Of a stretch of DNA of 64,000 nt, positions 1-10,465 are shown piece after piece; the stretch's first letter is position 1; the number at the start of each line of letters is the position of its first letter. A program made the position numbers and the translations under genes. The DNA is from Acidobacteriota bacterium (GTDB taxonomy: Bacteria > Acidobacteriota > Vicinamibacteria > Vicinamibacterales > JAKQTR01), in NCBI GenBank assembly GCA_029562975.1, contig JAKQTR010000016.1:35887-99886 (forward strand). Direction: 5' to 3'. The notes beneath the pieces were generated by a model. That model was given only the letters and a program-made list of their open reading frames with translations. It made no database searches and was not told where the DNA came from.

Positions 1-2478
1 GCGCGCCTGCGACACGATCACGCCGAGCGGCACCTGGTCGAGGCTCCCGCTGACGGAGATCTGGCGCTGGCGGTTGTAGCGATCGATGGAGGCCGGGCCG
101 AAGCCCTCCACGAGCGAGGCGACGTCGCTCAGCCGGGCCGTCCGCTGGGTCGATGACGGCACGAGCAGCAGCGCCATGTTCGCGGGGTTGTTGCGGTAGC
201 CCTCGTCCAGGCGCAGCCGCACCTTGTACTGCTCGTCGCCGTCCTTGAACTCCGACACCTCCGAGCCCCCGACGAGGGTGCGGAGGCTCGAGGCCAGGCC
301 GTTGATGTTCACGCCGAGGTCCGCCGCGCGGGCCCGGTCCACGACGATCTTCAGTTCCGGCTGGGTGGGCTCGTAGCTGCGGTCCACGTCGACGACGCCC
401 GGGATCGTGCGGATCTTGTCCATGAGCCGGCTCGAGTACTCCACGAGCTGGGCGATGTCGGGCCCCTGGACGATCATGAACAGGCGGTTCGCGCCGCCGC
501 CGCCCCGCGCGCCCGCGCTGGACGCCCCCGAGATGTCGGTGCCGCCGGACACGCTGATGCGCGCGCCGGGGTAGCGCCGCAGGAGCGCGCGCGCGCGACG
601 CATGAGGTCCTGCTGCGTCACATCGCGCTCGTTCAGGTCCGTCAGCCTGACGTAGAAGTTGGCGTTGTTCGAGCCCACGCTCGTCAGCACGCTGACGACG
701 TCGCGCATCTGGCGCAGGTCGGCCTCGATGGGCCGGATGTACTCGTCCGTCCGCGTGTAGCTGGTGCCCTTCGGCAGCCGCACGTTGACCGAGAACTCGC
801 TCTGGTCGTCGTCGGGCACGAGCTCCTTGCCCACGAAGGGGAACAGCGCGACGGCCGACAGCACGACCGCGCCGGCGATCCCCAGCATGGTCCGTCGGTG
901 CTGCAGCGCCCACACGAGCATCCGTCCGTACTGGCGGTCCAGCCAGGCGTAGAAGCCGCGCTGCTTGGTCTCCCGCGGGGCGCCGCCCGCCGCCGCCGTG
1001 TCGGCGGGGCGGAGCCACCAGCCGCACAGCGCGGGGGTGAGCGTGAAGGCCACGAACATGGAGATGAGGATGGCCGACGCCGACGTGATGCCGAAGCTGA
1101 AGAAATAGCGCCCCACCTGGCCCGTCATGAACGCCACGGGCAGGAAAATCACCACGAGCGACAGCGTCGTGGCCATGACCGCAAGGCCGATTTCCTTGGT
1201 CGCGGCCTTCGCCGCCTCCCGCGGCGGGACCTTCTTCTCCTCGATGTACCGGAAGATGTTCTCCAGCACGACGATCGCATCGTCGATGACGATGCCCGTG
1301 GCGAGCGAGAGCGCCAGCATCGTCATGTTGTTCAGCGTGAAGCCGAAGGCCTTCATCACCGTGAACGTGCCGATGATGGACGTCGGGATCGCCAGGGCCG
1401 CGATGACCGTGAGCCGCCGGTTCCGGATGAAGAAGAACACCACCAGGCTCGCGAACAGCCCGCCGAGCATGAGGTGGTGCTGGATGTCCTGGAAGGACCG
1501 GCGGATGAAGCGCGACTGGTCCCGGATCGGCTCGACCCTGAAGTCGCCGGGCAGCGTCGGCGCGATCCGCTGCAGGCGCGCCAGCACGCCGTCCACGACC
1601 TCGACGGTGTTCGTGCCCGACTGCTTGCGGATCATCAGCGAGATGGCCGGCCGGCCGTCCAGCCGGATGGCGCCCCTCGGCTCCTCGACCGTGTCCAGGA
1701 CGCGCCCGATGTCGCTGAACCGGATGACCGCGCCGTCCTTGTACGAGATGATGATGTTGCCGAAGTCCCTGACGTCGGTCAGGCGCCCCATCGTGCGCAG
1801 CGCGATCTCGGACGGGCCCGTCAGGTAGGTCCCGCCCGGGATCTCCACGTTCTGGTTGACGACCGCCGTCCGCACCTGGTCCACCGTCAGCCCGTACGCG
1901 TTGAGGCGGTCCCCGTTCATCAGCAGCTGGATCTCGCGGTGCCGGTCGCCCTGCATCGTCACTTCGCCGACGTCCTTGACGGTCTCGAGGACCTCCTTGA
2001 TGCGCTTCGTCGCGATCTCGGTGATCTCCTTCTGGGTCCGGTCGGCCGAGACGACGAGCGTCAGGATGGGCTGCGAATCCGGGTCGATCTTGCTGATGTA
2101 CGACGGCCGGGTGTCGGTGGGGAACTGGCCGACGATGGTGGCGACCTTGTCGCGCACGTCCTGCGTGGCGGACTCGATGTCGCGCTCCAGCACGAAGGTG
2201 ATCGACACGCGCGAGAAGCCCTGGTCGGAGCCGGCCCGGAGCTCGTCCACGCCGTTGATGCTGTTGACCACCGATTCGATGCGCTTGGTGATCTGCGACT
2301 CGACCTCCTCGGCGCTCGCGCCCGGGAGCTGCGTCATGACCATGACCGTCGGGTAGTCGGTCTTGGGCATGAGATCGAGCCCGAGATGGCGGTAGGAAAA
2401 CGCGCCCAGCACGATGAGCGCCACGCTCATCATGACGGCGAAGACCGGGCGATCGACGCTGACGTCCGCGAGTTTCAC
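1..2478 (-). CDS. RND (AcrB-type) efflux permease, N-terminal ~825 codons. The C-terminus lies beyond the left window edge
   Basis: Absent from the ORF track because it runs off the edge. My reverse-complement reading from GTG at 2476-2478 gives VKLADVSVDRPVFAVMMSVALIVLGAFSYRHLGLDLMPKTDYPTVMVMTQLPGASAEEVE...LATGIVIDDAIVVLENIFRYIEEK, a classic RND permease N-terminus. The frame stays open to position 1. GTGA overlap with the adaptor stop. Confidence 0.9.
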   Translation of the reverse strand, partial: MKLADVSVDRPVFAVMMSVALIVLGAFSYRHLGLDLMPKTDYPTVMVMTQLPGASAEEVESQITKRIESVVNSINGVDELRAGSDQGFSRVSITFVLERDIESATQDVRDKVATIVGQFPTDTRPSYISKIDPDSQPILTLVVSADRTQKEITEIATKRIKEVLETVKDVGEVTMQGDRHREIQLLMNGDRLNAYGLTVDQVRTAVVNQNVEIPGGTYLTGPSEIALRTMGRLTDVRDFGNIIISYKDGAVIRFSDIGRVLDTVEEPRGAIRLDGRPAISLMIRKQSGTNTVEVVDGVLARLQRIAPTLPGDFRVEPIRDQSRFIRRSFQDIQHHLMLGGLFASLVVFFFIRNRRLTVIAALAIPTSIIGTFTVMKAFGFTLNNMTMLALSLATGIVIDDAIVVLENIFRYIEEKKVPPREAAKAATKEIGLAVMATTLSLVVIFLPVAFMTGQVGRYFFSFGITSASAILISMFVAFTLTPALCGWWLRPADTAAAGGAPRETKQRGFYAWLDRQYGRMLVWALQHRRTMLGIAGAVVLSAVALFPFVGKELVPDDDQSEFSVNVRLPKGTSYTRTDEYIRPIEADLRQMRDVVSVLTSVGSNNANFYVRLTDLNERDVTQQDLMRRARALLRRYPGARISVSGGTDISGASSAGARGGGGANRLFMIVQGPDIAQLVEYSSRLMDKIRTIPGVVDVDRSYEPTQPELKIVVDRARAADLGVNINGLASSLRTLVGGSEVSEFKDGDEQYKVRLRLDEGYRNNPANMALLLVPSSTQRTARLSDVASLVEGFGPASIDRYNRQRQISVSGSLDQVPLGVIVSQAR

Positions 2479-3818
2479 CGCTGGCCTCCACGCGCGCCGC
2501 CCCTGGCGCCCCGGCCGGCCCCCGGCGCGCCGCCCCCGTCCGGCGGCGGCGCGCTTCCCGGCGTCAGGACCCGCACCGGCGTCCCCGTCGCGAGATTGCT
2601 CAGCCCGCTGGCGGCGAGCGTCTCGTCGCCCTTCAGCCCGTTCACAATCTCGACGAGCTTCCCCTGCTTCACCCCGAGCGCGACTTCCTGCTGGCGGATG
2701 ACGTTGTTCTCGATGACGAACACCGAGGACACGCCCGCCAGCGTGGCCACCGCGTCCTCGCTCACCGCCGGCACGTTCGCGTCCACGTTCGTCGTCAGCA
2801 CGCCCTTCGCGAAGAACCCGGGCTTCAGGCGCCGGTCAGGGTTCTCGACGATCGCCTCGACCACGAAGGTGCGCGTCGCCTGGTCCACCGAGGGGCTCAC
2901 GTGCGCGATCTCGCCGCGGAACGTCTCGCCCGGAAACGGCTCCACGCGGAACTCCACCGGGAGCCGCTGCGAGATCAAGCCAGCGTACCGCTCCTGCAGC
3001 GCGGTGCGGAGCTTGAGCGGATGAATCTGCACCACGACCGCCACCGGCGTGTTGGTCTGAATGAACTCCCCGGGCTGGACCAGCCGCTCCGACACGATGC
3101 CCGCCACGGGCGCGCGGATCGAGGTGTCCGCCAGCCGCTTCTTCGCCAGCTCGTACGACGCGCGGCGGTCCATCAGGCTGGCCTTCAGCGCACGCGCCTG
3201 ATCGAAGACCTGCTGGTACGACGCCTCGGCGACCTTCAGCCGCGACTGCGCGGTCTCGAGGTCCGCCGGCGCCAGGAGGCCGCGGCTCATCAGCCGCGAC
3301 GCGCGCTCGAAGTTGGCGCGGGCGTCGTCCCGGGTGGCGGCCGCCGAGCGCACCGAGGCAATCGCATCGTCGGCGGGCGGCACCGCCTGGCCCGGCGACA
3401 TGCCCAGCTGCGCCTCCGTCTGCCGAAGGGCGCTCTCGGCCGACTCCATCGCGAACTGGCGCTCGCGAGGATCCAGCTGGACGAGGATGCTCCCGGGCCG
3501 AACCTCGGTGCCGATCTGGATCGGAACGCTCTGCACGAGGCCGGCTGCCTCGGAACTGACCCGGGCCTGATCGAGCGACAGCAGGGTGCCCGACAGCTCC
3601 ACCTGTCGCTGCACGGACACGCGCTCGACCTTGGTCGCCGTCACGCTGACCGCCTCGCGCGGTCCCCCGCGGCCGCCCTGCGCCCCCCGGCCGGCGGACC
3701 CGCCGCCCGGCCCGTTCGAGGACCCCCTGCACGCGGCCGACGCCCCGGCGAGGCACAGAGACGCGCCAATCAAGAGGCCGACCGACGCTGGAACACGACG
3801 AAAAGCTACACGCAGCAT
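2475..3818 (-). CDS. RND efflux periplasmic adaptor (membrane fusion protein, HlyD family), lipoprotein-like
   Basis: Track ORF of 447 aa. The N-terminus LIGASLCLAGASAAC looks like a lipobox. It continues with MFP-type segments (VSSEAAGLVQSVPIQIGTEV, coiled-coil LETAQSRLKVAEASYQ, IRAPVAGIV). Its stop overlaps the permease start. Confidence 0.9.
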   Translation of the reverse strand: MLRVAFRRVPASVGLLIGASLCLAGASAACRGSSNGPGGGSAGRGAQGGRGGPREAVSVTATKVERVSVQRQVELSGTLLSLDQARVSSEAAGLVQSVPIQIGTEVRPGSILVQLDPRERQFAMESAESALRQTEAQLGMSPGQAVPPADDAIASVRSAAATRDDARANFERASRLMSRGLLAPADLETAQSRLKVAEASYQQVFDQARALKASLMDRRASYELAKKRLADTSIRAPVAGIVSERLVQPGEFIQTNTPVAVVVQIHPLKLRTALQERYAGLISQRLPVEFRVEPFPGETFRGEIAHVSPSVDQATRTFVVEAIVENPDRRLKPGFFAKGVLTTNVDANVPAVSEDAVATLAGVSSVFVIENNVIRQQEVALGVKQGKLVEIVNGLKGDETLAASGLSNLATGTPVRVLTPGSAPPPDGGGAPGAGRGARGGARGGQR

Positions 3819-3976
3819 GTGGATATGGTTCCCGAGCCGCAGCCTGGCCTTCCGGCCCCATTTTCCGATCCCGCCCCACCGCAGAGCCGCGACACCCTCC
3901 CGACGGGCGGTCAGACAGACACTCTTAAGGCTACTACGACATCAGCCCCGTTCCGCTTACAAACGGCGACAAAACC

Positions 3977-4003
3977 GTGACAATCCCCCGCATCCGCTAC
4001 AAT
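3977..4003 (+). promoter_or_regulatory. Candidate sigma70-type promoter (GTGACA, 15 nt spacer, TACAAT) in the AT-richer islet of the RND/cupin divergent spacer
   Basis: GTGACA at 3977-3982 and TACAAT at 3998-4003, read directly. The spacer is short (15 nt) and the cupin start is about 160 nt downstream, so this is weak. Confidence 0.25.
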
Positions 4004-4162
4004 GTCCGCGCTCGCCGTCCCGCAGCGGGCGCCGCGCCCGCTCGGCGCGCGCGAGCGGACTCTCGCTTCGAGGGGAGGATCGCAAGAACCGCGAGGCCCG
4101 GCGGCAGGGGGTCCGGGCCGGGCTGGCGGCCGTCGCCGCGCCTGAGATCGCCGGGAGGGGAA

Positions 4163-4597
4163 ATGACTATCGTCAATCTCGACGCCGTCGAGGGCCGCCG
4201 TTTCCCGGCCGGCCGGCGGACGAAGCACATCGTCGGGGGCCTGTCGCCGATCCAGTCGTGCCACTACGCCCTCGGTTTCGTGACGCTCGACGCGGACGGC
4301 GGTCAGATCCCGTGGCACAGCCAGGACCAGCAGGAGGTCTACTTCATCGTCGAGGGCACGGGCGAGATGTGCCTCGGCGCGGAGCGCGCGACCGTGGGCG
4401 CCGGCCAGGCCGTCGCGATTCCGTCCGGGGTCTTCCATCAGATCACGAACGTGGGCCCGACGCCGCTCCGCCTGCTCTACTGCTACGGTCCCGCGGGAGA
4501 CGCGGCGCACTGGCGGCAGGAACTCGATGGGACGCTGCCGCGGGCGGGCGTGGAGGCCCCGCCACTGCCCGACGGCGCGCGCGCTCAACGCGCCTGA
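4163..4597 (+). CDS. Cupin domain protein
   Basis: Inner ATG at 4163 is preceded by GGGAGGGG. The upstream part of track ORF 3977..4597 is R/P/G-rich junk. Cupin motif 2 (G-x5-P-x-G-x2-H-x3-N) is visible as GQAVAIPSGVFHQITN, and the motif 1 region as WHSQDQQEVYFIVEG. Confidence 0.75.
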   Translation: MTIVNLDAVEGRRFPAGRRTKHIVGGLSPIQSCHYALGFVTLDADGGQIPWHSQDQQEVYFIVEGTGEMCLGAERATVGAGQAVAIPSGVFHQITNVGPTPLRLLYCYGPAGDAAHWRQELDGTLPRAGVEAPPLPDGARAQRA

Positions 4598-4612
4598 GCG
4601 GGGAGGCTGCCC

Positions 4613-5764
4613 ATGAGCACCCGGCGCATCGGCATCGTCATGAACGGCGTCACCGGCCGCATGGGCGCTAACCAGCACCTCATGCGATCCATCGTCGCCA
4701 TCGGCCGCGACGGCGGCGTCCGGTGCGCCGACGGAACGATCGTCGAGCCCGTGCCGCTCCTTGTGGGCCGGAACGCCTCCAAGCTGGAGGCCCTGGCGGC
4801 GCAGGCCGGCGGCGCGGCGTGGACGACCAGCCTGGACGCCGCCCTGTCCGATCGGTCGTGCGAGGTCTACTTCGACGCGCAGACGACCGACCGGCGGGCC
4901 GCTGCCGTCCGTCGTGCGATTGCCGCCGGCAAGCACGTCTACTGCGAGAAGCCGGCCGCGGCCACCATGGCCGAGGCGCTCGAACTGTACCACCTCGCCC
5001 GCCGCGCCGGCCTCAAACACGGGGTCGTGCAGGACAAGCTCTGGCTCCCCGGCATCCGCGCGCTGAAGCAGCTTGTCGACGAGGGGTTTTTCGGGCGGAT
5101 CCTGTCCGTCAGGGGGGAGTTCGGCTACTGGGTCTTCGAGGGCGAGACGATCCGCTCGCAGCGGCCGTCATGGAACTACCGCGCGGAAGAGGGCGGCGGA
5201 ATCGTCCGGGACATGTTCGCCCACTGGCGCTACGTGCTCGACGGCGTGTTCGGCCGGGTCAGCGCCGTGGCGTGCCTCGGCGCGACCCACGTGGAGCGGC
5301 GGTGGGACGAATCGGGCCGTCCCTACGACTGCACTGCCGACGACGCGGCGTACGCCATCTTCGAACTCGAGGGCGGGATCATCGCGCAGTTCAACTCGTC
5401 GTGGTGCGTGCGCGTGCGCCGCGACGACCTGCTGACCATCCAGGTGGACGGAACGAAGGGCTCCGCCGTGGCCGGGCTCCGGGGATGCTGGATCCAGCCG
5501 GCGTCGGCGACCCCGCGCCCCGTGTGGAACCCGGACGTCGAGACGCACGCCGACTACCGCGCCGACTGGCAAGCCGCGCCCGCCGCGCCGGAAGCCGGCA
5601 ACGCGTTCAGGGCCGAGTGGGAGCTGTTCCTCCGGCACGTTGCGCGCGACGAGCCCTTTGCCTGGGATCTGCTCGCCGGCGCGAAAGGCGTGCAGCTGGC
5701 GGAACTCGCGCTCGAATCCTGGCGACTTCGGCGCTGGGTGACGATTCCGCCGCTCGGGGGGTGA
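4613..5764 (+). CDS. Gfo/Idh/MocA family oxidoreductase (cytoplasmic)
   Basis: Track ORF of 383 aa. Rossmann start RIGIVMNGVTGRMG and family EKP motif (KHVYCEKPAA). No signal peptide. Starts 15 nt after the cupin stop. Confidence 0.85.
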   Translation: MSTRRIGIVMNGVTGRMGANQHLMRSIVAIGRDGGVRCADGTIVEPVPLLVGRNASKLEALAAQAGGAAWTTSLDAALSDRSCEVYFDAQTTDRRAAAVRRAIAAGKHVYCEKPAAATMAEALELYHLARRAGLKHGVVQDKLWLPGIRALKQLVDEGFFGRILSVRGEFGYWVFEGETIRSQRPSWNYRAEEGGGIVRDMFAHWRYVLDGVFGRVSAVACLGATHVERRWDESGRPYDCTADDAAYAIFELEGGIIAQFNSSWCVRVRRDDLLTIQVDGTKGSAVAGLRGCWIQPASATPRPVWNPDVETHADYRADWQAAPAAPEAGNAFRAEWELFLRHVARDEPFAWDLLAGAKGVQLAELALESWRLRRWVTIPPLGG

Positions 5765-5791
5765 CGCGCCCGGGCCGGGCGCCGCACCCGC

Positions 5792-6037
5792 CTACTTGAA
5801 GATCTTCAGGAGTTTCAGGATCCAGATCAGGATGGAGGCGCCAATCACGGCGAGGATGAAGCTGACCAGGGCGCCGCCGCCCAGGTTCAGCCGGGTCGCG
5901 ATCCAGCCGCCGATGAGCGCCCCGACGACGCCGACGACGACGTTGGCGACAAGGCCCATCTGGGCGTTCGTCTTCATGACGATGCTGGCGAGCCAGCCGA
6001 CGATCCCGCCGACAACCAGCCAGAGAACGAGCTTCAT
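5792..6037 (-). CDS. GlsB/YeaQ/YmgE (transglycosylase-associated) small membrane protein
   Basis: Inner ATG at 6037 gives MKLVLWLVVGGIVGWLASIVMKTNAQMGLVANVVVGVVGALIGGW..., the typical G-rich three-helix pattern. The 28 codons upstream in the track ORF are R/G-rich. Confidence 0.8.
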   Translation of the reverse strand: MKLVLWLVVGGIVGWLASIVMKTNAQMGLVANVVVGVVGALIGGWIATRLNLGGGALVSFILAVIGASILIWILKLLKIFK

Positions 6038-6135
6038 GGCGCCCCCCTGCCCGCGCCGCCGGAGAGCGGCCTGCGGGCGACCGCGGCTAGGATGACCGAT
6101 CCGCCCCGTCGATTCAAGCAACCGCCGAACGGGCG

Positions 6136-6141
6136 TATCAT
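6136..6141 (+). promoter_or_regulatory. -10-like hexamer TATCAT, 6 nt upstream of the DUF4126 ATG (leaderless candidate)
   Basis: TATCAT at 6136-6141 and ATG at 6148. No Shine-Dalgarno between them. It is the only AT-rich islet in the spacer, and its reverse complement reads TATGAT for the divergent YeaQ gene. Confidence 0.35.
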
Positions 6142-6147
6142 AGCGGC

Positions 6148-6756
6148 ATGCCCACGACGGTCGACGCGCTCACCAGCCTCGGACTCGGGCTGGGCCTCGC
6201 CGCCGCGTGCGGGTTCCGGGTCTTCGTTCCGCTGCTCGTCCTCAGCGTCGGCGCGCACGCCGGCTACGTGCCGCTCGCGGACGGGTGGCAGTGGATGGGG
6301 TCGGCGCCGGCCATGATTGCGTTCGCGTGTGCGACGGTGTTCGAGGTGCTCGGCTACTGCATCCCCTGGGTGGATCACCTGCTGGACCTCGTCGCGACGC
6401 CGGCTGCCGTGGCGGCGGGGATGGTGACCAGCGCGTCGGTGCTGGCCGACCTGCCGCCGCTGGTGCGCTGGACGGCCGTAATCATCGGCGGCGGAGGCCT
6501 CGCCGCGATCGTTCAGGGCGCGACTGCGTCGGCGCGGGTGGGGTCGACGGCGGCGACCGGCGGTCTGGCCAATCCCGCGGTGGCGACGGCCGAGCTGGCC
6601 GGCTCGTCGGCTGCCAGCGCCGTCGCCGTGCTGTTCCCACTCTTCGCGCTGGCCGGCGTCGTCCTGGCGGTCGCGCTCGCCGCCCTGGCGATTCGGCGGT
6701 TCGGGGCCAGGCGCCGCCAGGCCGTCAGTCCGCCCGCGTGCGGTTCGTCCGCCTGA
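6148..6756 (+). CDS. DUF4126-type integral membrane protein
   Basis: Track ORF of 202 aa. Multiple hydrophobic helices (GLGLGLAAACGFRVFVPLLVLSV, MIAFACATVFEVLGYCIPWVDHLLD) match my recollection of the DUF4126 family pattern. Confidence 0.65.
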   Translation: MPTTVDALTSLGLGLGLAAACGFRVFVPLLVLSVGAHAGYVPLADGWQWMGSAPAMIAFACATVFEVLGYCIPWVDHLLDLVATPAAVAAGMVTSASVLADLPPLVRWTAVIIGGGGLAAIVQGATASARVGSTAATGGLANPAVATAELAGSSAASAVAVLFPLFALAGVVLAVALAALAIRRFGARRRQAVSPPACGSSA

Positions 6757-6820
6757 CGCGACCGCGGCGCTTCTGCGCTCGCGTCCGGGCGCAGCCGCCG
6801 CAGATCCACCCGCCGGTGAC

Positions 6821-9097
<2,277 letters not shown>

Positions 9098-9176
9098 TCA
9101 CGCGCGCCTCGCCAGTATAGTGCCGTCCGGCGAGCCGCGCGTCCGCGGTCCGGCTGGCAGGCAGGCCGCGTCGTAG

Positions 9177-9184
9177 TGTACGAT
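9177..9184 (+). promoter_or_regulatory. Extended -10-like element TGTACGAT upstream of the Tat-signal TIM-barrel gene
   Basis: TGTACGAT lies 35 nt upstream of ATG 9219, followed by SD AGGAGG. It belongs to a recurrent TGTAnnAT pattern (see findings). Confidence 0.4.
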
Positions 9185-9218
9185 GCCCGGGACGGCCCCC
9201 GAGTGCTCAGGAGGACCC

Positions 9219-10343
9219 ATGAGTTCAATTCGATCGACCGGCACCGAGCGCCGCGACTTCCTGAAGAAGGCCGGCCTTGGCGTCGCCGCCGCGGGGACTC
9301 TGCTCACCGAATCCCTGTCCGGGCAGAGCTCCGTCAACCGGCAGCTCTCGGAGTCGGAGAAGCTGTCGCGCCTCGCGATGACGTGCTGGCCGCAGCGCCA
9401 CTTGTTCAAGACGTACGGCCGGATGGGCGCGCCGGACGCCGAGACCGCCGGGCTGCGGAAGAAGTACGGCGAGATCACGATGCACGACCTGCCCAAGTGG
9501 ACGAAGGATTTCTTCCCGGGCATTTACCACCTGGATTTGTGGTCGGACGTCTTCGGCGACCCGGCCGACACGGCGCAGTACACCGAAACGACGGTGGACC
9601 GGAACGGCAAGCCGTTCACGGTCCGGCGCTGGGATCCGTCGGCTCCCGCCTCCAAGAAGTGGGTCGAGAAGCTGGCGTCCATCATCGCGAACGAGAAGTT
9701 CGTGTGCCAGCACATCTCCAACAACGCGCCGCAGTTCCTGGCGGATCCCGACGATGCGAAGCGCAAGGACGGCATCCGCGTCGCGAAGCTCTGGCTGGAC
9801 GCCGCGTCGGTGCTCGGGGCCAAGACGATGCGCTGCAACACCGGCGTCACGGGCGTGCGGATCATGCCCGAGGCCGAGGCCCACTCGACCGGGTACCCGA
9901 AGAACGAGAAGATCGTGCTGTACCTGAAGCAGTGCATCGAGTCGTTCAAGGAGCTGGCTGACTACGGCGCGACGGTCGGTGTGAAGATCACCATCGAGAA
10001 CCACTGGGGCCTCTGCGCCAACCCCATGAACATCCGGATCATCATGGACGAGGTGAACCACCCGTACTGCGAGTGCACGCCGGACTTCTGCAACTGGGAG
10101 AACGAGTACCACCTGTTCCACGGCCTCGACGCGGTGATGCCCTACACGCACACCCACGTGCACGCCAAGTACTGGGACCGCTGGAAGACGCCCGAGAAGG
10201 ACTGGAACGACGTGCGGCGCAGCGTGCGCATCCTGAACGCGCACCGCTACACGGGGACGATCGGCCTCGAGTGGGAGAACGGGCCGATGGACGGCATCGA
10301 GGGGACGAAGTGGCTGATGAAGGAGGTCCTCGCGGCGCTGTAG
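9219..10343 (+). CDS. Xylose-isomerase-like TIM-barrel protein (sugar phosphate isomerase/epimerase family) with twin-arginine signal
   Basis: Inner ATG at 9219 follows AGGAGG. The N-terminus MSSIRSTGTERRDFLKKAGLGVAAAG is Tat-type. The body carries TIM-barrel family features (ITIENHWG, HTHVHAKYWD, GLEWE). Confidence 0.8.
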   Translation: MSSIRSTGTERRDFLKKAGLGVAAAGTLLTESLSGQSSVNRQLSESEKLSRLAMTCWPQRHLFKTYGRMGAPDAETAGLRKKYGEITMHDLPKWTKDFFPGIYHLDLWSDVFGDPADTAQYTETTVDRNGKPFTVRRWDPSAPASKKWVEKLASIIANEKFVCQHISNNAPQFLADPDDAKRKDGIRVAKLWLDAASVLGAKTMRCNTGVTGVRIMPEAEAHSTGYPKNEKIVLYLKQCIESFKELADYGATVGVKITIENHWGLCANPMNIRIIMDEVNHPYCECTPDFCNWENEYHLFHGLDAVMPYTHTHVHAKYWDRWKTPEKDWNDVRRSVRILNAHRYTGTIGLEWENGPMDGIEGTKWLMKEVLAAL

Positions 10344-10366
10344 GAGAGTGAAGAGGAACAGGGGCG

Positions 10367-10452
10367 AGGGGCTGGACGCTGGCCGGTCAGGATTCGGCCG
10401 CGAATCCCCGCGGCGGAAGCCGCGTCAGACCGGCGCCAAGCGCCCAGCCCCT
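10367..10452. other. Nested multi-stem GC-rich structure in a convergent spacer (possible ncRNA, REP-like element or complex bidirectional terminator)
   Basis: - Outer stem 10367-10375 / 10444-10452, 9 bp.
- Second stem 10377-10382 / 10436-10442, with bulges.
- Third stem 10383-10388 / 10428-10433, 6 bp.
- Hairpin GGATTCG-GCCG-CGAATCC at 10390-10407.
- Hairpin CGCGGC-GGAA-GCCGCG at 10409-10424.

All pairings were checked base by base. Confidence 0.4.
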
Positions 10453-10465
10453 GGCCTCCGGCCAA

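Noticed and set aside
898-3024. A 708-aa plus-strand ORF, with nested ORFs at 1127..1828, 1856..2356 and 2414..2701.
   Set aside because: It is antisense to the RND permease and adaptor. The sequence is R/D/H/E/G-rich nonsense, while the minus strand reads as a textbook AcrB-type protein.
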